Positions 29,525 to 39,484 of a DNA stretch of 64,000 nucleotides are shown here, one piece after another (within the stretch, counting starts at the first letter, position 1; the number at the start of each line of letters is the position of its first letter). The stretch is taken from contig JAAFKI010000094.1 of the NCBI GenBank assembly GCA_021399345.1, forward strand, positions 57,561 through 121,560. The letters are read 5' to 3'. This DNA comes from Candidatus Heimdallarchaeota archaeon. Lineage in GTDB: Archaea > Asgardarchaeota > Heimdallarchaeia > Heimdallarchaeales > Heimdallarchaeaceae. Position numbers and translations under genes: made by a program. The notes beneath the pieces are model-generated. The model was not told the DNA's origin. It made no database searches and saw only the letters and a list, made by a program, of their open reading frames with translations.

Positions 29525-30151
29525 TTATTTCTTCTTCTCAAGTTTTTTATCTTCTTTAGCAATTGTTTCTACAAGATTCTTGAAATTTTTAGGTTCTTGT
29601 TCTTCTTCTATTGTAAAAACCACAGGACGTCTTTTCCTTTCAACATCAAGAGCTCTAGCTATTTTGCCAGCTTCGTATTTTTCTTTAACTTGAGATTTCT
29701 TTCCAATCCACACATAGATTTCATCATAAGCATCAATTACAAATGAATCATTAGATTTGAGATTCTTATACTTAATAGGTATCTCCTTAGTTTGTATAGT
29801 GCCATCATCTTTCTGGATGATTTGAAGAAGTTTATAATCAACATCAAGTTTCTTTTCAAAATGTTTTAGGAAACCAGGTGTATCCCCTTCAACAACCTCA
29901 AAACTCACTAGATTTTTGAATTCTTCAGGTTCATCCCCGTCCATGACTGTTTTGATGAGTAAATCCTTGTTGTCTTCTTCCACAACTTTTGCTGTCCATG
30001 CGCCTACGGCTTTATCATCACAGTAAGATTTCTTTCCTAGCCAAATCCAAATATGAGTAGTAGATACAACTAGATAGACATCCCCATTAAGGAATTTGTA
30101 GGGTTCCTTCATTGGCATTAGTCTTTTTCTAACAACGTGGTAAACATTCAT
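29525..30151 (-). CDS. Two-domain gelsolin-like protein (Asgard 2DGel type)
   Basis: Two repeats: FLNGDVYLV..IWIWLGKKS..DK..G..GDEPEEF and LKSNDSFVID..IYVWIGKKS..EK..A..EQEPKNF. Confidence 0.9.
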   Translation of the reverse strand: MNVYHVVRKRLMPMKEPYKFLNGDVYLVVSTTHIWIWLGKKSYCDDKAVGAWTAKVVEEDNKDLLIKTVMDGDEPEEFKNLVSFEVVEGDTPGFLKHFEKKLDVDYKLLQIIQKDDGTIQTKEIPIKYKNLKSNDSFVIDAYDEIYVWIGKKSQVKEKYEAGKIARALDVERKRRPVVFTIEEEQEPKNFKNLVETIAKEDKKLEKKK

Positions 30152-30308
30152 AGTATAAGGAAATAAGAACCGAATTAAAAGATTTATGATTGAATTTTGT
30201 CAAGTTTTAATATTAAACTGCACCGGAAGAAATAGGTTAGCAATATTTTTGTTCAAAAAAGTTGCTTATCTAGTAAAATTTTAATAGTTTCAATCTTATA
30301 AAATCCTC

Positions 30309-30977
30309 ATGAGTAATTCTACTGATGAAGAATCTATATTCGATGAAGAGGAAACTGAACCTCTATGGAAGAAAATTATCGAAAAGATAAAACCTTACTT
30401 AACTCGTGAAGATATCGTAAATATGGATTTGGACAGTTTTTCAGCTTTAATTAATCGATTATATACAATTAAGGAGATTACTGAGCAAGAGCAGAGTTAT
30501 GCTAAGAAAAACAGAGATTTGATTCTAATTCGAATGGGTTTACTACACAATATTCCCGATTTGAGTGAATCTGATCTTGAACTTGCTCTTAAGCAAATAG
30601 CTGTTCGTTTAACTACACATTATTTCCAAAATAGTGATGTCAAGTCTCTTGAAGAAGCAGAAAACAAGGTTTTAAAGATGATGAGACTAGGCTTTGCATC
30701 TAATGTTACAGTAAGCTTGAATCCAGAAGAGGAGATTATCAAACTTAGAGAAAAATTATCCATAATTTCCAGAGTAACTCTTGATAATGCTAAAGACATT
30801 GCCACATTACTGACAAAAACAAAAGATAGTCTCATGAATATAGGTATATCTGGTTCTGTTTTCTATGAAATAGAAAAATTGTGTCAAATGCTAAAAAGAC
30901 AGAAAGAAGAAGATCTACCAACAAAAAATGATATCGTTGAAGCTTCTTTTGAATGGCAACTTAAAATTCAAAAGTGA
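30309..30977 (+). CDS. Hypothetical alpha-helical protein
   Basis: 222-aa ORF overlapping the next gene (GTGA-type junction). Confidence 0.65.
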   Translation: MSNSTDEESIFDEEETEPLWKKIIEKIKPYLTREDIVNMDLDSFSALINRLYTIKEITEQEQSYAKKNRDLILIRMGLLHNIPDLSESDLELALKQIAVRLTTHYFQNSDVKSLEEAENKVLKMMRLGFASNVTVSLNPEEEIIKLREKLSIISRVTLDNAKDIATLLTKTKDSLMNIGISGSVFYEIEKLCQMLKRQKEEDLPTKNDIVEASFEWQLKIQK

Positions 30978-31717
30978 GAATAATGGAAGAAGATTCAAAA
31001 ATTTCTGAAATACCTAAAATCGAATCTACAGAAGAAATAACTAAAGAAGATCCTTCTAAGAAATTTGATGAACAAGTGTCAGATACCTTACAAACAGTTA
31101 CTACAAAATTAAAAGAAGTTGTAAATATCGATCTTTTTTTACCTGACATATATGAATGGATCTTAGAAAAGCTAAAACAAGGTCCAACTTTAATCATAGG
31201 AGAAAATATAGGAAACTTTTCTGGGGAAGTTTCAAAGTATGTTCCAAGTGTAATAGCAAGAGAAACAATTTCTACTTATGTGAGCCCCAAAATCGAAGTC
31301 AGTGATGAAGCTATGCTTTCTAAAATAGATTTAAAAGCATTTGATATTGCAAAGCTAAAAACTCAACAAGGACCTTTTCTGAATATTATAATAATTTTCT
31401 CACTCAAAAAGTTGGAAAAAACTGCTCAATATGAATTACTCAAAGAGTGCAAGAGAATGCTATCTAGAGAGGGGCAACTAATTCTAGTAGGGGAGTTTTA
31501 TCCTAAATCTATTCTGCTGTATCCAGTAACACTTACAAAAGAAGGAGTTAAAATATTCAAATCTAAGATTCTTAAAAAGAAAGTTACTAAACCAATTTCA
31601 AATTTCGACAAGATAGCAAATGATCTTGAACTCAAATTCTTTGATATTAAACACGATGCAGGTGGGAGAATACGTACCTATGTTTTAACTAAACGCTGGG
31701 GAGCTCTTCTAACCTAA
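30974..31717 (+). CDS. Degenerate class I SAM-methyltransferase-like protein
   Basis: LLKECKRMLSREGQLIL resembles the post-motif-II segment; motif I is degenerate (LIIGENIG). Confidence 0.55.
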   Translation: MRIMEEDSKISEIPKIESTEEITKEDPSKKFDEQVSDTLQTVTTKLKEVVNIDLFLPDIYEWILEKLKQGPTLIIGENIGNFSGEVSKYVPSVIARETISTYVSPKIEVSDEAMLSKIDLKAFDIAKLKTQQGPFLNIIIIFSLKKLEKTAQYELLKECKRMLSREGQLILVGEFYPKSILLYPVTLTKEGVKIFKSKILKKKVTKPISNFDKIANDLELKFFDIKHDAGGRIRTYVLTKRWGALLT

Positions 31718-32067
31718 TTATTTGCTTTTCCCCATTTTATTTCTTCATCAGTAAGAGAACCAACGGGATATTTTTTCCAATTTTTATCTATTTTCTGAAG
31801 TATTGCATCATTCAAGTTGATATTTAATTCATGGGCAAGCAAGAATAAATAGATTGCAACATCAGCAAGTTCATCAGTTAAGGAGTCTTGAATTTTGTGG
31901 ATTTCATCTTTAATCTCTGAATCAGTTTGCCATTGAATTAATTCGAACAGTTCTCCGATTTCGACAATTAGTGAAAGAGCTAAATTCTTAGGAGTATGAT
32001 ATTTTTTCCACTTTCTTGCATCTCTAAAATCTAGTACTTTTTTAGTAATTTCTTCTATAGAACTCAC
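31714..32067 (-). CDS. MazG-like nucleotide pyrophosphohydrolase (dCTPase-like)
   Basis: FRDARKWKKYHTPKNL, EIGEL, DELADV and KYP. Confidence 0.92.
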   Translation of the reverse strand: MSSIEEITKKVLDFRDARKWKKYHTPKNLALSLIVEIGELFELIQWQTDSEIKDEIHKIQDSLTDELADVAIYLFLLAHELNINLNDAILQKIDKNWKKYPVGSLTDEEIKWGKANN

Positions 32068-32109
32068 AAAAATTAGAAAGAAGGAGAATAATTAACTCTT
32101 TCTCTTTAA

Positions 32110-33189
32110 TCAAGCAACTTTGTATGTCCAGTTATATTCATCTTGAACTTTACCTGTTTGAATACCTACTAGCTCATCATAAAGCCGTTGAGTAATATCC
32201 CCAACTTCATCGTCATTAATTACATATTCCTGATCTTTGTAGAATATTTTACCAATAGGAGTAATTGATGCAGCAGTTCCTACAAAAAATGCTTCTGAAC
32301 AAGCTCCATCTTTAATTTGATTGACAAGGATATTTATGTCAATGCTTTCTTCATGTGTTCTATAACCCATCTTGTTTGCTAATTCAATGACAGATCTTCT
32401 TGTTATACCATTAAGGATTGTTCCGTCTAATATAGGAGTGTAAATTTCTCCATCAATAACAAACATAATATTCATTCCACTACCTTCCTCAACATACTTT
32501 CTTTCTATTGCATCAAGCCAGATAACCATTGGATAACCCAGCTCTTTTGCTTTTTTAGTTTCATAAAGAGTTGCAGCATAATTCCCACCTGTTTTAGCTT
32601 CACCTGTTCCACCAGGAGTAGCTCTAACATTTTCAACTGCTACATATGCTTTAGTAGGCTGAAAACCATCCTTGAAAAAAGGTCCTACAGCAGCTAAAAT
32701 TACATAGAAATAAAATTCGTCACTTGGTCTTAGACCAATGAAGGTTTCTGAAGCAATCATTGTTGGTCGGATATACAAGGAAGTTCCTGGTGAATTTGGA
32801 ACCCATTCATTGTCTACTCTAATCAACTCGGTTATAGCTTTAACAAAAAGATCTTTGTTAATTTTAGGCATGCACATTCGTTCAGCTGAAAAATTCATCC
32901 GTTCTGCATTTTCATAAGGTCTAAACATATGTATTGACCCATCTGGATGACGAAATGCTTTCATTCCTTCAAAAATTTCTTGACTATAATGCAAAACTGA
33001 ACATGCTGGATCCATCTCAAATGGTTGATAAGGGATAATTCTTGGATCTTGCCACTTACCCTCTTTAAAGTGCATGAAAAACATATGATCAGTAAAATCT
33101 TTTCCAAAGGTTAAACTAGAATCTTCATGTTTTTGTTTTCTCTCTTTTTCTTTACATAAAAGAATTGGAATATCCATAAATTCACTCAT
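32110..33189 (-). CDS. ilvE: Branched-chain amino acid aminotransferase
   Basis: FTDHM, LHYSQEIFEGMKA, LYIRP, AKTGGNYA, ILNGITR and GTAA. Confidence 0.95.
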   Translation of the reverse strand: MSEFMDIPILLCKEKERKQKHEDSSLTFGKDFTDHMFFMHFKEGKWQDPRIIPYQPFEMDPACSVLHYSQEIFEGMKAFRHPDGSIHMFRPYENAERMNFSAERMCMPKINKDLFVKAITELIRVDNEWVPNSPGTSLYIRPTMIASETFIGLRPSDEFYFYVILAAVGPFFKDGFQPTKAYVAVENVRATPGGTGEAKTGGNYAATLYETKKAKELGYPMVIWLDAIERKYVEEGSGMNIMFVIDGEIYTPILDGTILNGITRRSVIELANKMGYRTHEESIDINILVNQIKDGACSEAFFVGTAASITPIGKIFYKDQEYVINDDEVGDITQRLYDELVGIQTGKVQDEYNWTYKVA

Positions 33190-33267
33190 TGTAGCGTTAA
33201 AATAGATGATTAGTTTAAAAGATTTGTCGATGAACCTTAATCAAGAATATAAATAGAGTGTAACTAA

Positions 33268-34281
33268 CTATTTCTTCTTTCTAATTTCCATCAAATCAGT
33301 GTAATGTTGTCTCATTGTCTTTCTAGATGGCCAAAGCCTCAAAGATCTTGCAATAAAATACCTTCCTCCCCGTAGTAGAATCACATCAGGCTTTAGCATT
33401 GGTGCCCAGATATGAGCAATCTCGAAAGAAATGGATGCTTTTAATGATTGCTTAAATTTGGTTTTATTTATCTTGACTTTGTTCTTTTCTAGTTCATCAA
33501 AATAAATATCTTGTAATTCTTCTAGAGTAAATGGTCTTTCTGAAAATCTTACTCTAAAACCTTCTGCATGAATTGGCAAGAAATCATAGAAATGGACAAA
33601 ATCCAATGCTGGAGAAGCTATCATACTCTCTTGCCAATCTAGTAGATAAGTCTGTGTAGATGTTTGAAGAAAGTTATATGTCCATGTTCCACCATGAACT
33701 AGAGTTCTTCCAGCAGCTAAAAATCTTACTAAGAAATCTTTGGAGTTGATGTCTTTTCTAACAGTTTCAAGATCTGTTTTTGTTAGAGGTGTTTTACCTT
33801 TATGACTTTCTGTAATCTTTAGTGCTTTCTTAATATTATTTTGAAGTTTTCTCTTGATATCCATCCAATTTTCTTCATTAACATTGGGAAGATTTTCTAA
33901 TGTATCAAGTATGGGGTCGTTATAGAATTTTGAATTAATCTTTGCAACTTCCCGTAGAGCAGCTTCAATATTATTTTTTTTCCAATTTTTTGGATGGATA
34001 TTTTTAGGAATTTTTTCTAGCAATATCCAAGGAATTTCGCTTGTTTTAGAAATGGCAATTATCTTTGGAACTGGAAGCTTATACTTCTTAGCTAAACTCG
34101 AGTAAATAATCCATTCTTCTTTTGTAGTATTTTGCTTAAGAATACCTTCTTTTTCTTTACCCCAAGAAATTTCAGTCACCTTGGCAGTAGAAGTTCCTGC
34201 TAGTTCTCTTCGAAATCTTATTTGATCTGAGGATGTCTTAAGTTTTTGAGCTACCTCATCTAAAATGGAAAGATTACTCAA
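33268..34281 (-). CDS. Aminoglycoside/choline kinase-like protein with catalytic Asp replaced
   Basis: LPVPKI, WILLE, TLVHGGTWTYNFL and LLDWQ. Confidence 0.75.
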   Translation of the reverse strand: MSNLSILDEVAQKLKTSSDQIRFRRELAGTSTAKVTEISWGKEKEGILKQNTTKEEWIIYSSLAKKYKLPVPKIIAISKTSEIPWILLEKIPKNIHPKNWKKNNIEAALREVAKINSKFYNDPILDTLENLPNVNEENWMDIKRKLQNNIKKALKITESHKGKTPLTKTDLETVRKDINSKDFLVRFLAAGRTLVHGGTWTYNFLQTSTQTYLLDWQESMIASPALDFVHFYDFLPIHAEGFRVRFSERPFTLEELQDIYFDELEKNKVKINKTKFKQSLKASISFEIAHIWAPMLKPDVILLRGGRYFIARSLRLWPSRKTMRQHYTDLMEIRKKK

Positions 34282-34408
34282 TCAATCACCGGTTAAATGT
34301 TCTTGTTCATTACTCTTTTTAACTATTTCTGCTAAAAATTCTGTTAGTTTTGGCTCAGTAGCAAGTGATTGTTTATAAATAAGTTTAGTTTCACTTAAGC
34401 TGTTAGAG

Positions 34409-35338
34409 GTGTTTCTTATGGGTAAACATGTAGTTTCTGTATCATTAGGTTCTTCAACAAGAGATTATAAGCGCGAATATACTCTAGGGGATGAAGTTGT
34501 CATTGTTGAACGAATCGGAACCGATGGAGATATGAAAAAATACAAGGAATTGATTGAGAGTTTAGATGGCAAAGTTGATGCTTTTGGAGTCGGGGGAGCT
34601 GACTTGTATTTAGTTAGAGGAGAAAAAAAGTATAAGATCAGAGATGTTTGGAAGAAATTAATTAAAAATGTTAAAGATACACCTATTGTAGATGGAGGAG
34701 GGATAAAAAGTACTTTGGAGGGGAGAATTATGCAGTTTGCTGAAGAAAAACTTCCTGAAGAAGTAGAAGAAAGCAGAGCAACTTTAGTGACTGCTGCAGT
34801 AGATCGCTGGTATCAAGCAGAAAGTGCATGGGAATTTGTTGGAAGAAAAAGGAAACTAATTACATTTGGAGATTTATTGTGGGGATTTAAGTTAGGTATT
34901 CCTTTGCACACTATAAAAAGTGTAAATAGAATAGGAATTGTTCTCTTACCAATTGTCAGCAGACTACCTTTTAGTTGGATTTATCCAACAGGTGAAAAAC
35001 AAGAACTACATAGTCCATCATTCACCAAATATTTTAAGAAAGCAAAGTGGGTTGTCGGAGATTTTCTTTTCATTAAAAGACATATGCCCCTTGATGGAAT
35101 GAAGAACAAAGTTGTTATAACCAATACAACAACCGCATCTGATGTTGACCAATTGAGAGAGATAGGCGTTAAATATATTATTACTTCTACACCAAGAGTA
35201 GGAGGACGATCTTTTGGAACTAATGCCTTAGAAGCAGCTATTGTTGCAATTAGTGGAGAAAAAAGAGAATTAACAACAGACGAATATGAGGAATTTCTAA
35301 AGAAATTTAGTATAGAGCCAATTCTACAGAAGTTATAA
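34409..35338 (+). CDS. Conserved protein of the family usually auto-annotated 'quinate 5-dehydrogenase' (true function unknown)
   Basis: VSVSLGSSTRD, ERIGTDGD, DGKVDAFGVGG, YPTGEKQ and GRSFGTN motifs recalled from that family. Confidence 0.7.
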   Translation: MFLMGKHVVSVSLGSSTRDYKREYTLGDEVVIVERIGTDGDMKKYKELIESLDGKVDAFGVGGADLYLVRGEKKYKIRDVWKKLIKNVKDTPIVDGGGIKSTLEGRIMQFAEEKLPEEVEESRATLVTAAVDRWYQAESAWEFVGRKRKLITFGDLLWGFKLGIPLHTIKSVNRIGIVLLPIVSRLPFSWIYPTGEKQELHSPSFTKYFKKAKWVVGDFLFIKRHMPLDGMKNKVVITNTTTASDVDQLREIGVKYIITSTPRVGGRSFGTNALEAAIVAISGEKRELTTDEYEEFLKKFSIEPILQKL

Positions 35339-35352
35339 GGTTAGGTGCTATA

Positions 35353-36168
35353 ATGGAAAAATATAATGCAATAATCTTAGCAGGATATACTGAAAGAGAT
35401 AATGTTATTTGTGAGATGGAAAATGTTCCTAAAAAGGGGTTAGTCAAACTAGGAGAGAAGATTTTTCTAGAAAGAATCGTAAAGGTAATTTTAAAATGTG
35501 AAAAGATTGGAGATATTTACATAAGTGGCATGTCTGAAGATGAATGGAAAACTGATCTACCAGTGATTTTCAATGAAGATACAAGTAATATGTTCAGAAA
35601 GGTTGTCAACATTTATGATAAATTTATTGTTAAAAAAGAAACTTACTCAGAAATAGTTATTCTCCTTGCCAGTGATATTCCTTTGATAACTCCTGAGATA
35701 TTGACAAGAGCTATTGAAAAATGCGAAGCAGTTTCAGGTGAAGGCTTAGATGGTGTTTTTTACTATTCTATTGTTCCAAGAGAATTTATGGAAGCGAAAT
35801 TTCCTAATTCAAACAGGACCTATGCTAAATTTAAAAACAAATTCCAAGTTTGCGGAGCGGATATCTCTATGTTCAATGTAAGAAAAATGCTGAATTATGA
35901 AAAACTCATGGATGATTTAACAGATAAACGAAAGAATGTACTATCACAACTAATTGTTCTTAATCCTTTTCTAGTTGTCCGATTTTTACTCAATAGATTA
36001 ACTCTAGATAAATTTATGAAATCAATTAATAGAAGGGTGTTTAAGGTTAAGGATGGCGTTCATGCTGTCATAAATGAAGATGCAGAAATAGCAATGGATG
36101 TGGATAAACCTCATCAACTAGAGGAAGTTAGAAGATATTACAATGAGAATAAAGATATCTATGATTAG
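35353..36168 (+). CDS. MobA/NTP_transf_3-like nucleotidyltransferase
   Basis: AIILAG, KGL, SDIPLIT and MDVDKP. Confidence 0.8.
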   Translation: MEKYNAIILAGYTERDNVICEMENVPKKGLVKLGEKIFLERIVKVILKCEKIGDIYISGMSEDEWKTDLPVIFNEDTSNMFRKVVNIYDKFIVKKETYSEIVILLASDIPLITPEILTRAIEKCEAVSGEGLDGVFYYSIVPREFMEAKFPNSNRTYAKFKNKFQVCGADISMFNVRKMLNYEKLMDDLTDKRKNVLSQLIVLNPFLVVRFLLNRLTLDKFMKSINRRVFKVKDGVHAVINEDAEIAMDVDKPHQLEEVRRYYNENKDIYD

Positions 36169-36222
36169 AAGGTCTAATGCAGTAATGTTTATACTTAAAT
36201 ACAATTTTGAAAGGTAATTTTT

Positions 36223-36789
36223 ATGGTAGAGCTATTCAAGAAAATGGATGAATGGGATAAGAAAATATCTAAAAGAATAGCTCAAAAATCTCAAAAGAAT
36301 CTCAAGATAGCAAGTTTTTTTGCTCTTTCTGGGAATGCACAACCTTGGTTTGTAATTTCAATCTTATTTTTCTTTTTAGATGTCTTTATGGAAAGGTCAG
36401 ATAATCTAATTCAGATGACGTTAGCTGGAGCTGTTGGACTAACTACTACTACTATAAAATACCTTACTAAACGAAAAAGACCCAATGAACAAGTAGCTCT
36501 AAAATACATCGCAACTGGAGATCATTTTAGTTTTCCAAGTGGTCATGCTTCAAGAATGGGAAGCTTAGCAATGTTTATGACACTTATTTTCCCAACATTT
36601 GGTTGGATTTTCATTCTATGGGCAATAGCTGTTTGTTTCGGAAGAATAGCATTAGAAGTACATTATTTTGGGGATATTGTAGGAGGAGTAATTTTGGGGG
36701 CAATTATAGGAGTAATTTTTTATGCACTTAGAAATTACTTTTACATCATTTTTGATCCAGTATCAAACTGGATTCCAACAATATTGTGA
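36223..36789 (+). CDS. PAP2-family membrane phosphatase
   Basis: KYLTKRKRP, SFPSGH and GRIALEVHYFGD. Confidence 0.92.
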   Translation: MVELFKKMDEWDKKISKRIAQKSQKNLKIASFFALSGNAQPWFVISILFFFLDVFMERSDNLIQMTLAGAVGLTTTTIKYLTKRKRPNEQVALKYIATGDHFSFPSGHASRMGSLAMFMTLIFPTFGWIFILWAIAVCFGRIALEVHYFGDIVGGVILGAIIGVIFYALRNYFYIIFDPVSNWIPTIL

Positions 36790-36843
36790 GTAAAGCTTTA
36801 TTAGTGTTTGATTCAATAATATTATGCTTAGACGCCAAAGAGA

Positions 36844-38121
36844 GTGATTAGGATATCCTTCATTAAGAACAAAATTCTCTTGATATTCATATCTACATTA
36901 GTGGTGAGTGGAATTGTAACTAGTACGATTTTATTTACAGTTTACTTTCCATCTAAAAGAGAGTATAAAAAACATAATCCAATTATCATATTGAATGATC
37001 AAGAATTTGAGAATTATCGTTTTTCAGGATCAGGAGAAGAGAATGATCCTTACATAATTGAGGGTCTGGATATCAATTCTAGCATAGAAGAAGCTATAAG
37101 AATACAAGGTACAACAAGATATTTTGAAATAAAGAATTGTAAACTTGAATCTAATGAAACAGCAGTTTACATCAACTCTGCTGCTCAAGGAACTGTACAT
37201 ATAAAAGACAATGTTATTGTAAAGGGATCTATTTCTGTAACAGGAAGTGATAAAGCAATTATAGAAAACAATGTTATGTTTGAGGGAAGTTGGTACGTAA
37301 TTGGGTTGGTAGATAGTGTTCTTTCTCTGATTCGAAATAATACAATCTTAAATAATAATATTGGAGTATTTTTGGTAGATACAAGCTATATTATTATTGA
37401 AGAAAATTATATCTATTCAGAGCAAGTTATAGAACAAAACTTAGGCTTTCTTGACTTTGGTAATGTAGGAATTTTATCACAAGGAGTGTATAATACAATT
37501 AGAAATAACACAATACTCCGACAAGATCTGGGTTTGTACCAGAAGGGAAGCTACTCCTCAATTACAAATAATAGTGTTAGAGAATGTTCAGAAGGAATTC
37601 ATACTCGAGATATGATCGCTTCAAATATAACTGATAACAAAATTATTAATAACACTGCAATTGGGATGCATATTTTCCATACAGGATATACCAATGTTTA
37701 TCATAATTATTTTGAAGGAAACAACATTAGTTTACAGATTTCTGAAAGTTACTTGAATTATGCTGCAAACAATTCCTTCTTTTTCAATACGATAGGTTTA
37801 GAAATAAAAGTATATTGTCCTGCATGTTTGGGTTATATTAATTCATATAATAACACTGTCAAATTCAATCTTTTTCAAAATAACACATTATATGGAGTAA
37901 AGAATAGTTGGTTAAGCAAATACTCAAAAATATATCTAAATTCATTCTATTTCAACAATTTATCTGGGACATCTCAAGCCTATGATGAAGGAAAATACAG
38001 TGAATGGTCAGATTTATTTTCTTCAGGAAATTTCTATAACGACTGGACCTCAGGAGACTATATTATTGATGGGAATAGTAATTCTACTGATTCCTATCCA
38101 TTATCAGTTCCACCAGTTTAA
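36844..38121 (+). CDS. Right-handed beta-helix (NosD/PbH1) protein with N-terminal anchor
   Basis: HNPIII..DPYIIE, Asn-rich repeats and SQAYD..GNFY..DSYPL; paralogous to 13710..15548. Confidence 0.85.
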   Translation: MIRISFIKNKILLIFISTLVVSGIVTSTILFTVYFPSKREYKKHNPIIILNDQEFENYRFSGSGEENDPYIIEGLDINSSIEEAIRIQGTTRYFEIKNCKLESNETAVYINSAAQGTVHIKDNVIVKGSISVTGSDKAIIENNVMFEGSWYVIGLVDSVLSLIRNNTILNNNIGVFLVDTSYIIIEENYIYSEQVIEQNLGFLDFGNVGILSQGVYNTIRNNTILRQDLGLYQKGSYSSITNNSVRECSEGIHTRDMIASNITDNKIINNTAIGMHIFHTGYTNVYHNYFEGNNISLQISESYLNYAANNSFFFNTIGLEIKVYCPACLGYINSYNNTVKFNLFQNNTLYGVKNSWLSKYSKIYLNSFYFNNLSGTSQAYDEGKYSEWSDLFSSGNFYNDWTSGDYIIDGNSNSTDSYPLSVPPV

Positions 38122-38183
38122 GAATGGAATTAGAACTTCTTATCATTGAAAAAGGTTAAATTGTAGTAATTTTTGTCTTCCTC

Positions 38184-39458
38184 ATGACAGAGAAGCACAA
38201 GATTGATCCATGGGAAATGGCAGTTAAGCAGTTAGAGAAAATGGGTGAGATTCTCAAGATTGATGAGAACATAATCAAAATATTAAAGCACCCTATCAGA
38301 ATCATTGAGACCAACTTCCCAGTAGTTATGGACGATGGAAGGCTCGAAATATTCACTGGATTTCGTGTTCATCATAATGAAAACCTACCAACTAAAGGTG
38401 GAATCAGATTTAGTCCAGAAGTTACTAAAGAAGAAGTTATGGCTCTAGCTTTCTGGATGACGCTCAAATGTGCTGTTATAGGTTTACCTTATTCTGGAGC
38501 AAAAGGGGGAGTGATTTGTAACCCCCGAGATATGTCATTAAAAGAAATAGAAAGAGTAACCAGAAGATATACTCATCAAATGATCAATGTATTCAACCCT
38601 CGAAGTGATATACCTGCTCCAGATATCAACACATCTGCTAGAGAAATGGCTTGGATTTATGATACTTATAGCATGTTAGTAGGACATTCAGCCTTAGGAG
38701 TTGTAACAGGAAAACCTGTTGAATTGGGTGGATCTCTAGGAAGAGATTCTGCAACAGGAAGAGGAGTATTTTTTGTCACTCGTCAAGCTATGAAGAGATT
38801 GAAATTACCTTTAGAAGGAGCAACAGTTGCGGTTCAAGGTTTTGGAAATGTAGGTTCTTGGTATGCTAGAATCATTGCTGAAAGTGGATCCAAAGTTATA
38901 GCAGTATCAGATTGGCAAGGTGGAATCTTTAATGAGGAAGGATTTGATGTTGAAGATCTTTACAAATATGTTTACGACAACCCAGAAAATACTGAACAAA
39001 CAGTTTTTGGATATCAACACTCAACTAAAGACATATCTAATGAAGAGCTTCTAGAATTAGAAGTAGATATATTAGCTCCCTGTGCCATTGAAAGTGTAAT
39101 TACTAAGTATAATGCACCTAATATCAAAGCTAAGATTATTGCTGAAGGAGCTAATGGTCCTACAACACCAGATGCGGATGAAATCTTGAAAGAGAAAAGT
39201 ATACTTCTTTTACCAGACATTCTAGCAAATGCAGGAGGAGTAACAGTCAGTTATTTTGAATGGGTTCAAGGTAATGATGCTTTATTCTGGACTGAAGAAG
39301 AGGTAAATGATAAACTAGAAGAAATTATGGTTAGAGCTTTTGATAGTGTTTTTGACCATGCTGATGAATATAGCATAGAAGACATGAGACTAGCTGCTTA
39401 TGCTATTGCATCAGAAAGAATTGTCAAACAATATGAATTAAGAGGGATTTATCCTTAA
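38184..39458 (+). CDS. gdhA: Glutamate dehydrogenase (Glu/Leu/Phe/Val family)
   Basis: KGGIRF, GAKGG, PAPD, VTGKP, QGFGNVG and EGAN. Confidence 0.95.
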   Translation: MTEKHKIDPWEMAVKQLEKMGEILKIDENIIKILKHPIRIIETNFPVVMDDGRLEIFTGFRVHHNENLPTKGGIRFSPEVTKEEVMALAFWMTLKCAVIGLPYSGAKGGVICNPRDMSLKEIERVTRRYTHQMINVFNPRSDIPAPDINTSAREMAWIYDTYSMLVGHSALGVVTGKPVELGGSLGRDSATGRGVFFVTRQAMKRLKLPLEGATVAVQGFGNVGSWYARIIAESGSKVIAVSDWQGGIFNEEGFDVEDLYKYVYDNPENTEQTVFGYQHSTKDISNEELLELEVDILAPCAIESVITKYNAPNIKAKIIAEGANGPTTPDADEILKEKSILLLPDILANAGGVTVSYFEWVQGNDALFWTEEEVNDKLEEIMVRAFDSVFDHADEYSIEDMRLAAYAIASERIVKQYELRGIYP

Positions 39459-39484
39459 TCCCTATTTTATTTTGTTTTTGCTGA

